Source of the DNA: an uncultured Gammaproteobacteria bacterium
Lineage (GTDB): Bacteria; Patescibacteriota; Patescibacteriia; UBA2196; CAYSSY01
Length of the DNA: 64,000 nucleotides
NCBI GenBank assembly: GCA_964434055.1
Contig: CAYSSY010000001.1
Span: 5,094 to 69,093, forward strand
Reading direction: 5' to 3'
The notes under the pieces: model-generated
What the model saw: the letters and a program-made list of their open reading frames with translations, nothing else
Databases searched by the model: none
What the model was told of the DNA's origin: nothing
Made by a program: the position numbers and the translations under genes
Part shown: piece by piece, positions 55,681-64,000 of the stretch
Layout: each line of letters opens with the position of its first letter
Position numbering within the stretch: the first letter of the stretch is position 1

Positions 55681-56427
55681 ATGGCAGTTGAAGAAAAAAT
55701 TTTAATTGACTTGGGTCTGTCACCCACCGAAGCCCAGGTTTATTTAGCCGCCTTAGAATTAGTCAGCGACACTGTTTTAAATATCGCAAAAAGGGCAGGT
55801 GTAAAACGGCCAACTTGCTATATAACTCTGGATAATCTTTTTCAAAAAGGTTATGTCAGTAAAATTGAAAAAGAAAACACCACACTATATAGTGCAGAAA
55901 AGCCCTCATTTATTTTAAACAAGTTCAAAGAAAAAATTGATAATTTTAAAGACTTATTACCTTTCTTTGAAGCCAAGTTCAACAATGGGCCCAAACCTAA
56001 GATAAGATATTACGAAGGACGGGAAGAACTGTGGAATGTATACACAAAAATTTTATTTCCGGCCAAAGAGATTTATTTTTTTGGTACCAATGTTGAAAAA
56101 ATTATGCAACATTTTTCAAATCTCTTTGATTACTGGATTAAGAATTATGTCAGTAAATACGATAAAGTGTTGGAGATTGTATCCTATAATGAAGCGGGTC
56201 TAAAATACCAAAAAGATTATGGTGATAAATGGCAAATAAAAATTATGCCCAAAAACCTCCCAGTCTTTGCTGACTCAGTGATCACTGAGGATAAACTATT
56301 TATTGTCTCAATTGATAATTTATTTGGTGTTCTAATTGAATCAGAGGATTTGGCAAAGACATACAAAAATTTTTTTATGCTAGCCTGGCAAGCAAATGAT
56401 AATAAACATAAAATTATCAACAACTAA
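55681..56427 (+). CDS. TrmB-family HTH transcriptional regulator
   Basis: LGLSPTEAQVYLAALELVSDTVLNIAKRAGVKRPTCYITLDNLFQKGYV, an N-terminal wHTH of TrmB type. Terminator at 56447-56474. Confidence 0.6.
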   Translation: MAVEEKILIDLGLSPTEAQVYLAALELVSDTVLNIAKRAGVKRPTCYITLDNLFQKGYVSKIEKENTTLYSAEKPSFILNKFKEKIDNFKDLLPFFEAKFNNGPKPKIRYYEGREELWNVYTKILFPAKEIYFFGTNVEKIMQHFSNLFDYWIKNYVSKYDKVLEIVSYNEAGLKYQKDYGDKWQIKIMPKNLPVFADSVITEDKLFIVSIDNLFGVLIESEDLAKTYKNFFMLAWQANDNKHKIINN

Positions 56428-56535
56428 TTATTTTTAAATTAATTTTAAAAAGACCATCCTTTGGATGGTCTTTAGTGTTGATTTTTGGTGATGTGCGGAC
56501 CGGTGCCGCCAAAAGAACGATGAAACGGGTTCATT

Positions 56536-57330
56536 TCATTCTCCTAAACGCCAAAAGTTCGGCGTTAATAAACAAACTAACAGTTCTTTGAACCATGGCA
56601 CCAGAATTCTAAAAAAATCATATCTTTCTGGTTCTTCACTAGGAATTAAAATCAATCCTTCTGGAAATAATGATTCGGTAATAACTTTAGCCTCCTCGGC
56701 CATCTGTGCAATACGGTATTTTGTTTCCCATATTAAATTATCTTGATCTGCTTTATCTAATTCATTCAATTCAATAATCTCTCGCCTTAAACGTCTCTCA
56801 TATTCAAACCTAAATGCGTCTTTTTTAACCAAATTAGTGAAATTTAAAAGAACGTCTTGATTAGGATTTATTTTGTTTATACCAAAACTGTTTAAAAAAT
56901 CTAACCAATCATAAAACAAAATATCACCAACACCGCCTGCCAGGTTCTGATACAAATTCATTATTTCTTTTTTTACAGTCAAGCTTGCTTGTCGTCTAGT
57001 GTTTTCTGAATCAACAAAAATAAAAAACCAATTAATGCTAAATCCATAACTTTTAAAAAGTGCTACAATTTTCGGTATTTCTCTATAAAAAACCCTTAAT
57101 TCACTCTTAAGCGGTTTAAGTCTGTTGTTTTGTAGAATCTTTCTCTCGTCTAATGACTTGGTCACACAACACTGTGTTAAAATATTAACCGCCATTCTTT
57201 TGTTCCAACAATCAAATAAATAATCCTTGGCCCTATTACCGACTCTTAATACACCTTTTGGTCGTAGTTTTAAACTACTATTAACCTCTTGTAGTTTTTT
57301 AACAAAAGCTTCAATTAAACTGGCTGCCAT
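56536..57330 (-). CDS. Hypothetical protein
   Basis: The track start is TTG 57345; ATG 57330 has a GGAGGAG SD. No recognised motif. Confidence 0.4.
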   Translation of the reverse strand: MAASLIEAFVKKLQEVNSSLKLRPKGVLRVGNRAKDYLFDCWNKRMAVNILTQCCVTKSLDERKILQNNRLKPLKSELRVFYREIPKIVALFKSYGFSINWFFIFVDSENTRRQASLTVKKEIMNLYQNLAGGVGDILFYDWLDFLNSFGINKINPNQDVLLNFTNLVKKDAFRFEYERRLRREIIELNELDKADQDNLIWETKYRIAQMAEEAKVITESLFPEGLILIPSEEPERYDFFRILVPWFKELLVCLLTPNFWRLGE

Positions 57331-57411
57331 GATTCTCTCCTCCAATTATAATTAAAAAAGAAAAATTCCTTCTCTTTTTGGGAAGGAATACAAAATTGAA
57401 CTTCATAATAC

Positions 57412-57729
57412 TCAAATACTTCCCAAATAGTTAAGTTTTGGGTGATGTTTGCTGTGTGCCCTATTTAAAATTAACTGATACCCGCCTGTACCTTTTTTTA
57501 GCCATTTAGCAATTCTTGCTACGGTGGTGGAACTTAAACCAGTTTCTTTTTCGATGGTAGAATAGGGAATTTTATTATTAAGTAATTGTGCTGTTGCCCA
57601 GCGTTTGCTAAATTCTATTATCTCTTTCTCGGTCAATAGATCACGTAAAAAAGCTTTTGCTTCATCGTAATTAGCAAGTAATAGTATTGCGTTATATAAA
57701 TTGTCTATTCTAATGTTTTCTTCTAACAT
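57412..57729 (-). CDS. YerC/YecD (TrpR-related) small DNA-binding protein
   Basis: LLANYDEAKAFLRDLLTEKEIIEFSKRWATAQLL...STIEKETGLSSTTVARIAKWLKKG. Confidence 0.65.
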   Translation of the reverse strand: MLEENIRIDNLYNAILLLANYDEAKAFLRDLLTEKEIIEFSKRWATAQLLNNKIPYSTIEKETGLSSTTVARIAKWLKKGTGGYQLILNRAHSKHHPKLNYLGSI

Positions 57730-57841
57730 AACTATACTTTATTTGACTAAAGTACTTTACCTAAATAAAGTATATATTATAGCTAATAGGTTGTCAAGTA
57801 TATAGAGGAATATCCCCATAAATAATAACTTATCCTCAATT

Positions 57842-57861
57842 TGTCTACATTGGTGTAGACA
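57842..57861. repeat. Perfect palindrome TGTCTACA-ttgg-TGTAGACA followed by a T-run (copy 1 of 2)
   Basis: Seen directly in the sequence. Copy 2 is at 58195-58214. Confidence 0.8.
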
Positions 57862-58194
57862 TTTTTATCAACAAAAGGCATCTATTGTCAGTTTCCACAT
57901 GGAAACTCACAAAAAGCTTAGTACAATCAAACCTATCTTTTCCAAAAAAACAAAAGGAACAAGAATAAACCTTTTGATAAAAAAACTTTTCAAATGATTA
58001 AAACAAATAAATGTATAATTTTTTTAAATTATAACTAAAATTAGCTATAAAGCTTAAATTAACTAAAATCAATAAATAATTATATGATATATAAACTTTT
58101 TGGCTAATACAAAATTTTTTTAGCAAAAAAATTTATTTTAGCATTTTTAATAATTATTTGACTTAATATAAAATTTGTGTTTTAAAAATATTAA

Positions 58195-58214
58195 TGTCTA
58201 CACTAGTGTAGACA
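58195..58214. repeat. Perfect palindrome TGTCTACA-ctag-TGTAGACA flanked by an A-run and a T-run (copy 2). It doubles as the likely terminator of the minus-strand tRNA pair.
   Basis: Seen directly. It lies immediately 3' of tRNA-Ala on the minus strand. Confidence 0.8.
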
Positions 58215-58236
58215 AATTTTTTTAAATAATTTAACT

Positions 58237-58309
58237 TGGACCCGAGGGGAATCGAACCCCTTACCTTCGCAATGCGAATGCGACGCTCTACCAGATGAGC
58301 TACGGGCCC
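58237..58309 (-). tRNA. tRNA-Ala (anticodon CGC)
   Basis: The reverse complement is GGGCCCG TA GCTC...TCGCA TTCGCAT TGCGA...GGGGTTCGATTCCCC...CGGGTCC A. Confidence 0.8.
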
Positions 58310-58316
58310 AAAAAAA

Positions 58317-58388
58317 TCTCCTCAAAGGGAATCGAACCCCTATCTTACCCTTAGGACGGGTCTGCTCTATCCTTTGAGCTATGAGGAG
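58317..58388 (-). tRNA. tRNA-Arg (anticodon CCT)
   Basis: The reverse complement is CTCCTCA TA GCTC...loop GTCCTAA...AGGGGTTCGATTCCCTT TGAGGAG A. Confidence 0.7.
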
Positions 58389-58510
58389 TTTTTAATTAAA
58401 TCTATTTTATTAAGTTCAGTCTATCATTTTAGCTTTCTTAAAACAAATTTTTGACACTAATACTAAAAAATATTAAGCTTAAAATGAAATATAATAATTA
58501 AAAAAAAAGT

Positions 58511-58951
58511 ATGTTTAACAGTAATCTCAAAAATAATTCTGAAAGTGATTCCAAAAAGATTGAAACCTATGTTGGGTTATCAGTAAAAATTGAAGGTCAT
58601 CTTAAGTCTGAAGGTGATATTTTTATAAACGGAGATGTTAAGGGTGGAGTAACAACAAAGAAAAATATAACAATTGGAAATCAAGCCAAGATTAATGGAA
58701 ACATAAGTGGTCAAAAAATAATCATCAATGGCACTGTTTTAGGTAATATAAAATGTCAAGATCGGTTAGAGTTGGGTGAAACCTCGAAAATTATTGGTGA
58801 TATAGAGACTAAGGCGCTCTCTGTTACTGAGGGAGCGTTAATACAGGGTCAATTAAAAATGGATATTTCAGAAAATAAAGTTTCAAAACAGGATATTTTA
58901 TCAGTTCCTGGAAATTCTGATAAATTAATTGAAAAAAAAAGTAAAATTTAA
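58511..58951 (+). CDS. Bactofilin-family cytoskeletal protein
   Basis: Repetitive beta-helical core: VKIEGHLKSEGDIFINGDVKGGVTTKKNITIGNQAKINGNISGQKIIINGTVLGNIKCQDRLELGETSKIIGDIETKAL. Confidence 0.75.
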   Translation: MFNSNLKNNSESDSKKIETYVGLSVKIEGHLKSEGDIFINGDVKGGVTTKKNITIGNQAKINGNISGQKIIINGTVLGNIKCQDRLELGETSKIIGDIETKALSVTEGALIQGQLKMDISENKVSKQDILSVPGNSDKLIEKKSKI

Positions 58952-58957
58952 CTTACC

Positions 58958-59716
58958 ATGTATAGTTTTTTTTATAGTGCAAATTTGGATAAAAAAAATT
59001 CAAAAAAATTACGGTTGGTGGAAAATGCTTTGTCGAATTTAGGTATTAAAGATCGAATTAATAAGATTACACCGCTTACCAAAATAGGTGACTTAGTTAA
59101 TAAAGAAGCAAGGTTGGGAGTAAAAACGTTTGTTGTGATTGGATCAAATAATCTATTATATAATTTTTTAGACTTGTTGGCAGAGAAAAATTTATGCCTT
59201 GGTTATATACCCTTTGATTCTGATAGCGTTCTATGTAAAGTTTTCAGTATCTCCAGTACTCAATCTGCTTGTGAATTATTAGCAGCGCGAAGAATTGTTA
59301 AAATAGATCTTGGTTTAATAAATAACAAAAATTATTTTTTTGATAATATAACTTTTAACGGTAGTGAATTGTTGTTAAAATACGATAAGTTTGACCTATA
59401 TATTAAAAAAAAATGTCAATTAATAATTACGAATTCTCTTTGGAAAGTTAAAAAAAATATCTATTTTGAAGCAGGTTCAAGGGAAGGAATATTGGAAACG
59501 TATGTATTTAACAAAGAAAATAAGTTTTATAATCTTCACAACAATTCTCTAAAAAATTTATTAGTAAAAATAACTACTAAAAAAGTGGCTATTGCGGGCC
59601 ACTCAAGTAATTTTTCTTTTTTGATTGATAATAAAAAAGTGTCGGGCGGTATATCAGATATTAGGATTATAGAAAAAGCAATAAATATTGTCGTTGGAAA
59701 AGGGCGTGCTGATTAG
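58958..59716 (+). CDS. Hypothetical protein, possibly a degenerate DAGK-catalytic-like (YegS/lipid-kinase) fold
   Basis: VKTFVVIGSNNLLYNFLDLL sits where GGDGT(L/V)NEV would be. The match is weak. Confidence 0.3.
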   Translation: MYSFFYSANLDKKNSKKLRLVENALSNLGIKDRINKITPLTKIGDLVNKEARLGVKTFVVIGSNNLLYNFLDLLAEKNLCLGYIPFDSDSVLCKVFSISSTQSACELLAARRIVKIDLGLINNKNYFFDNITFNGSELLLKYDKFDLYIKKKCQLIITNSLWKVKKNIYFEAGSREGILETYVFNKENKFYNLHNNSLKNLLVKITTKKVAIAGHSSNFSFLIDNKKVSGGISDIRIIEKAINIVVGKGRAD

Positions 59717-59940
59717 TTCAAACTCAGCCATTCAGTTTTTTCTTTTTAAAAAAACCTTTTTTTATTTTTTTAAAATTACTTCTTTTTTATACCTACTCTG
59801 GGTAAATTTTTTTAGATTCTGTTGACCCAATTATATTTGCTAGCGCTTTATGGTTCACAATATTTCTTAGGGTCGTTACGATGTTTAATTTAATTTACTC
59901 TTAATTAAAATGTGTGCTAATCGTTTTTAAAAAACAACTA

Positions 59941-60651
59941 CTATTTCTCGTGTTTATTTAAAAAATAAATCTGTTGAGCAATGGTTATAATTGTTGTCAT
60001 AAACCAATACAACGCTAGACCGCTGGGAAATTTAAGACCAAAATAAAAAGTTAAAAGCGGCATTAAAAAAATCATCTGTTTATTCATTATTGCAGCCATG
60101 TTTTCATCTTTAGCTGTTTCAATTTTTGGTGATTTTTTTGTCATCAACATTTTTGCTGACCACCATTGTGCAATAGCGGCTAAACCAGCCAATATAACAT
60201 TCGGCTGACTTAAATCGATAATATTTAAGGAAATGGTATTAATTTGACCGGGGTTACCAATAAAATTATATATTAAATTAAAATTAGCAGATTTAAGCCC
60301 GCTTTGAAAGGATTGATATATGGCAATAAAAAATGGCAACTGAATTAGTAATTGCAAGCAAGAAGAAAATGGATTAATTTTTTGTTGTCTATAAAGCTCC
60401 ATTGTTGCCCGAGATAAATCCTCTTTGTTGTGAGCATGTTTCTTTTTTAATTCTTCAAGTTTTGGTTGAAGTTCTTGTAAAATTTTTTGCGATTTTATTC
60501 TCTTCAAAGATAGAGGAAATAGAATCAAATTAATAATAAGAGTTAAAACAACAATAGCCACCCCTATATCTTTCCCTGGTATAATATTATATAAAAAAAT
60601 TAATAAATTAAAAATCGGTTGATATAAAAAAGTATTATAAAAATTGATCAT
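59941..60651 (-). CDS. yidC: Membrane protein insertase YidC (short YidC/Oxa1 type)
   Basis: 236 aa. 5 TM helices. Gene order is rpmH-rnpA-yidD-yidC. Confidence 0.8.
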   Translation of the reverse strand: MINFYNTFLYQPIFNLLIFLYNIIPGKDIGVAIVVLTLIINLILFPLSLKRIKSQKILQELQPKLEELKKKHAHNKEDLSRATMELYRQQKINPFSSCLQLLIQLPFFIAIYQSFQSGLKSANFNLIYNFIGNPGQINTISLNIIDLSQPNVILAGLAAIAQWWSAKMLMTKKSPKIETAKDENMAAIMNKQMIFLMPLLTFYFGLKFPSGLALYWFMTTIITIAQQIYFLNKHEK

Positions 60652-60941
60652 TTTGTTATATAATTATTTTTTTTGCTAATATTAGCCATTTTTTTTAACA
60701 AAGGGTCATACCCGCCACTGTTAAAGGGATTACATTTTAATAATCTTTTAATTGTCAAAAAAATACCTAATATTAGCCCTTTTTTAGTTATGGCTTGGTA
60801 GCTATAATCTGAACAGCTTGGATAAAAGCGACAGCCATAAAAAGGAAAAATGTGTTTAAGTGGACCATGATCAAATGATAAAGTTTTTTGATAAAATACA
60901 ATAAGCATTAAAAAAAAACTTCTAACGGGATTCTTTTTCAT
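60648..60941 (-). CDS. yidD: Membrane protein insertion efficiency factor YidD
   Basis: FYQKTLSFDHGPLKHIFPFYGCRFYPSCSDYSYQAI. Confidence 0.85.
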   Translation of the reverse strand: MKKNPVRSFFLMLIVFYQKTLSFDHGPLKHIFPFYGCRFYPSCSDYSYQAITKKGLILGIFLTIKRLLKCNPFNSGGYDPLLKKMANISKKNNYITK

Positions 60942-61266
60942 TTTTTATAATTTTATTCAATAATTCGTTCAGTTTTTGTGTTTGCTCTTTTTGTGAATAA
61001 TTTAAACATTTTTTTCTTGCAATCACTAGATACAACCCTTCACCAATGTGAGACAAATTGGCTTTTATGTTTTTTTTAATTTGTCTTCTAATTTTGTTGC
61101 GCACTGTTGAAAGACCGCTAATTTTGTTAGAAATTATAATGCCAAATTTTTTTTTCTTATCTGCTTGTCGGAATTTTACAAAAAAAGCTTCATTTTTATA
61201 AACTTTGCTTGATGTAAATTTTAAAAAATCACTTTTGGAAATTAAGCGACTTTCTTTTTTAAGCAT
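60922..61266 (-). CDS. rnpA: Ribonuclease P protein component
   Basis: KKKFGIIISNKISGLSTVRNKIRRQIK, in the rpmH-rnpA context. The track start is TTG 61275; ATG 61266 was used. Confidence 0.75.
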   Translation of the reverse strand: MLKKESRLISKSDFLKFTSSKVYKNEAFFVKFRQADKKKKFGIIISNKISGLSTVRNKIRRQIKKNIKANLSHIGEGLYLVIARKKCLNYSQKEQTQKLNELLNKIIKNEKESR

Positions 61267-61288
61267 AGTAGACAAAAATTCTATTAAT

Positions 61289-61426
61289 CTATACCGCTAA
61301 TTTAACCCTCTTCTTGAAGCGCCTCCCTTTAATAACCTTGGCTCCGTTTTTTGTACTCATGCGAACTAAAAAACCGTGTGTTTTTTGTCTTTTTCTCTTG
61401 TTTGGTTGGTATGTTCTTTTTGGCAT
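61289..61426 (-). CDS. rpmH: 50S ribosomal protein L34 (45 aa; below the ORF-track threshold)
   Basis: Hand-translated as [45 protein letters not shown], the canonical L34. Confidence 0.9.
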   Translation of the reverse strand: MPKRTYQPNKRKRQKTHGFLVRMSTKNGAKVIKGRRFKKRVKLAV

Positions 61427-61624
61427 CTTTTGTATTATTAATTAAATTATTTATTTAATTGTAACAATTTACACCTTTTTGGTCAATTAACTTATTAATA
61501 AACATTCTATCAACATATTATTAACATAATTTGCTATTTTAATGATTTTGTGATAATTTTTTTTGTGTTATTATTAAAGAAATACAAAATAATACTTCAT
61601 TTTAAATTATAAAATAATAAACCC

Positions 61625-62992
61625 ATGAATCCAGAACAACTTTGGCAAACAACCCTTGGTGAGCTTGAGTTAATGATTTCTAAAGCTAATTTTACTACAT
61701 GGTTTAAAAATACTTATGTCGCCTCTTGGGAAAAATCAAAAATTATTATTGGCGTTCCCAATACATTTACCAAAGCGTGGCTTGAGAAAAAATATCATGG
61801 CTATATTTATAAGGCTTTACAAAATTCTTCAAAAGGTGAGATAAAAGAGATTATTTATAAGGTTGAGATAAAAAAACCGCAAAATAATATTCTTGTTAAT
61901 AACTCAAGTGTTGTTACAAATAGCGTTTCGGTGTCTGAGTCTGGTGTTCAATTAAATAATTTTGGCTTAAATAATTACTATACTTTTAATAAATTTATAG
62001 TTGGTAAGGGTAATGAATTGGCCCATGCAGCGGCTCAGGCTGTGGCCCGCCAACCGGGCTCTCTATATAACCCTTTTTTTATTTATGGTGGGGTTGGGTT
62101 AGGTAAGACTCATTTGCTTCAAGCGATTGGTCATCAAATTACTGAAAATTATAAAGATAAAAAAATTCTTTACATTACTTGTGAGAGGTTTACTAATGAC
62201 TTTGTACAATCAATAAGAAATGGAACATCTTTGGAGTTTCAGGGTAAGTATCGGGGAGTTGATGTGTTGTTGATTGATGATATTCAATTTATGGCTGGGA
62301 AAGAGCAGACTCAGGAACAATTTTTTCACACATTTAATGCTCTACACCAAAACGGAAAACAAATTATTATATCTTCCGACAGACCACCAAAAGCTATACC
62401 CTCTTTGGAAAACAGACTTTTGTCGCGTTTTGAGTGGGGCATGATTGCTGATATTGGACAGCCTGATTTTGAAACACGAATAGCTATTTTGGAGGCAAAA
62501 CTAGCCGAAAAGGGATTAGATATTGAACTTGGTCGTGATATTATTAATTATATTGCAACAAATGTTCAAAATAATATTCGTGAATTAGAAGGCTCTTTAA
62601 ATAGAATTCTTGCTATTTACGAATTAAATAAAAAAATACCTACGATTGATGAGGTAAAAATAATAATTAATTCACTAAACACAAGAGCAAAAAAAACCGC
62701 CATAACCTGCAAATATTTAATAAAAACAGTGGCTGATTTTTATGAACTAAACATTGATGATTTAATTGGTGAGAGTAGAAAAAAAGAATTGGTGTTTCCG
62801 CGACAAATTTCTATGTTTTTAATTAGAGAGGAAATTAAAAGTTCGTTTCCAAATATTGGACAAGAGATGGGTGGAAGAGATCACACAACGGCAATGCATG
62901 CTTATTCAAAAATATCAAAAGAGTTAGAATCAAACCAAAAATTACAACAAGATATAAATTTAATAAAAGAAAAGTTGTATAGTAATTGTTGA
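61625..62992 (+). CDS. dnaA: Chromosomal replication initiator protein DnaA
   Basis: Walker A GGVGLGKTHLLQAIG. LLIDDIQF. The C-terminal DnaA-box binding domain reads ISMFLIREEIKSSFPNIGQEMGGRDHTTAMHA. Confidence 0.95.
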   Translation: MNPEQLWQTTLGELELMISKANFTTWFKNTYVASWEKSKIIIGVPNTFTKAWLEKKYHGYIYKALQNSSKGEIKEIIYKVEIKKPQNNILVNNSSVVTNSVSVSESGVQLNNFGLNNYYTFNKFIVGKGNELAHAAAQAVARQPGSLYNPFFIYGGVGLGKTHLLQAIGHQITENYKDKKILYITCERFTNDFVQSIRNGTSLEFQGKYRGVDVLLIDDIQFMAGKEQTQEQFFHTFNALHQNGKQIIISSDRPPKAIPSLENRLLSRFEWGMIADIGQPDFETRIAILEAKLAEKGLDIELGRDIINYIATNVQNNIRELEGSLNRILAIYELNKKIPTIDEVKIIINSLNTRAKKTAITCKYLIKTVADFYELNIDDLIGESRKKELVFPRQISMFLIREEIKSSFPNIGQEMGGRDHTTAMHAYSKISKELESNQKLQQDINLIKEKLYSNC

Positions 62993-63200
62993 TAAAGGTT
63001 TAATAAATTTAATATTGTTTGTTTGGTTTCTTGTTTATTAACAGTTAAAATAATTTTTATAATGCTTTGTTTAACAAATTAACCACTGATTACTTAATAA
63101 TTTTAAGCTTAAGATTAGTAAAAAAAAAGAGTTATTAACAAAAAATTACATCTATATTAATTAATATAAAATAAAATTAATATAAACTAATTATAATAAT

Positions 63201-64000
63201 ATGAAATTTAGTTGCACTCAAGAGAATTTAAATAAAGGACTACAAACAGTTGTTCATCTTGCTGGCAAAAACTTAACCTTACCAATTTTGAATAATATTT
63301 TAATTGAAACCGAAGAAGGTTTGATTAATTTGTCGGCAACAAATTTAGAGATCGGTATAAAAATAAGTGTTAGAGGAAAAGTTTTAGAGCCGGGAAAAAT
63401 AACAATTCCCGCCAAAACAATTAGTGATTATGTTTCGCTGCTACCAAAAGAAAAAATTGATATTAGTTTAGAAAAAGATATTTTGTTTTTAGAGTGTTTG
63501 AATAATAAAACTAAAATTAAAGGGGTTTCAGCTGAGGATTTTCCATTAATTCCAGTTTTGAAACAAAATTATGGATATGTGTTAAATAAAGAAGATTTAA
63601 AGATCGCAATAAATAAAACATTAATTTCTTGTAGTGTTGATGACACCAGGCCAGAGATTAGTGGTGTTTTATTTGCCGCAACAGACGACACACTAAAATT
63701 AGTAGCCACAGACAGTTTTAGGTTGGCTGAAAAAAAAATAAAAATTAAAAATAAAATTGATAGTGAAAACAAAATTGTTGTGCCCTTAAAAACACTTAAT
63801 GAACTTCTAAGAATTATTGATAATAGTGAAACGAGCGAAATAAAAGTGTTTTTAGAGGAAAATCAAATTATGTTTAAACAGGAAGAAATATTATTAATTT
63901 CAAGATTAATTGACGGTCAGTTTCCTGATTATGAACCGATAATACCAACAACTTATAAAACAAAAATAGAAATAAACAAAGAAGAAATAATTAAAGCTGT
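63201..64000 (+). CDS. dnaN: DNA polymerase III beta sliding clamp, 3'-truncated by the window edge
   Basis: MKFSCTQENLNKGLQTVVHLAGKNLTLPILNNILIETEEGLINLSATNLEIGI... The ORF is open to the window end, so it is absent from the track. Confidence 0.85.
   Translation, partial: MKFSCTQENLNKGLQTVVHLAGKNLTLPILNNILIETEEGLINLSATNLEIGIKISVRGKVLEPGKITIPAKTISDYVSLLPKEKIDISLEKDILFLECLNNKTKIKGVSAEDFPLIPVLKQNYGYVLNKEDLKIAINKTLISCSVDDTRPEISGVLFAATDDTLKLVATDSFRLAEKKIKIKNKIDSENKIVVPLKTLNELLRIIDNSETSEIKVFLEENQIMFKQEEILLISRLIDGQFPDYEPIIPTTYKTKIEINKEEIIKA

Noticed and set aside
61427-61624. Calling the rpmH-dnaA spacer oriC on the basis of DnaA boxes
   Set aside because: Only degenerate boxes with two or more mismatches are present. 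Origin assignment needs GC-skew or coverage evidence, so no oriC feature is annotated.

Overview
Low-GC (about 33%), gene-dense segment that looks like a Patescibacteria/CPR-type small genome. Short intergenic spacers, SD-led genes, many small secreted or membrane proteins, 11 tRNAs and no rRNA. It contains the chromosomal origin neighbourhood: rpmH-rnpA-yidD-yidC on the minus strand, divergent from dnaA-dnaN at the 3' edge of the window. Housekeeping genes recognised from their translations: nusA, tig, nfo, ruvB, queA, polA, holA, rpsT, rpsO, pnp, trxA/trxB, gdh, sodA, rubrerythrin, mscL, galU, lspA, comM/yifB, bactofilin. Accessory or unusual content: (i) A tandem array of four paralogous small Sec-secreted two-helix proteins sharing a WMTAAGNEE core (VirB2/TrbC or T4SS-pilin-like). 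A divergent Cys-rich fifth paralog sits beside them and a sixth, extended paralog lies 32 kb away. An 11-mer repeat cluster sits in the array's promoter region. (ii) Three GC-rich (about 45-55% GC) gene islands in an AT-rich genome: an RlpA-M23 peptidase plus a secreted protein; a PEP-synthase-like ATP-grasp protein; and a histidine-phosphatase. The last two look like pieces of a split PEP-synthase-like phosphotransfer relay. (iii) A 3xLTD-repeat surface protein with OB-fold-like C-terminus. (iv) A frameshifted MBL-fold hydrolase gene. (v) A 14-bp tandem repeat inside an O-antigen-ligase-like gene. (vi) Two GC-rich structured intergenic elements that may be ncRNAs. (vii) A pair of near-identical 20-bp perfect palindromes flanking a 330-bp AT-rich non-coding region next to a tRNA pair. 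No CRISPR array, no transposase and no rRNA were seen. Start codons were checked by hand where the ORF track begins on TTG/GTG. Several starts were moved to an internal ATG that has an SD.
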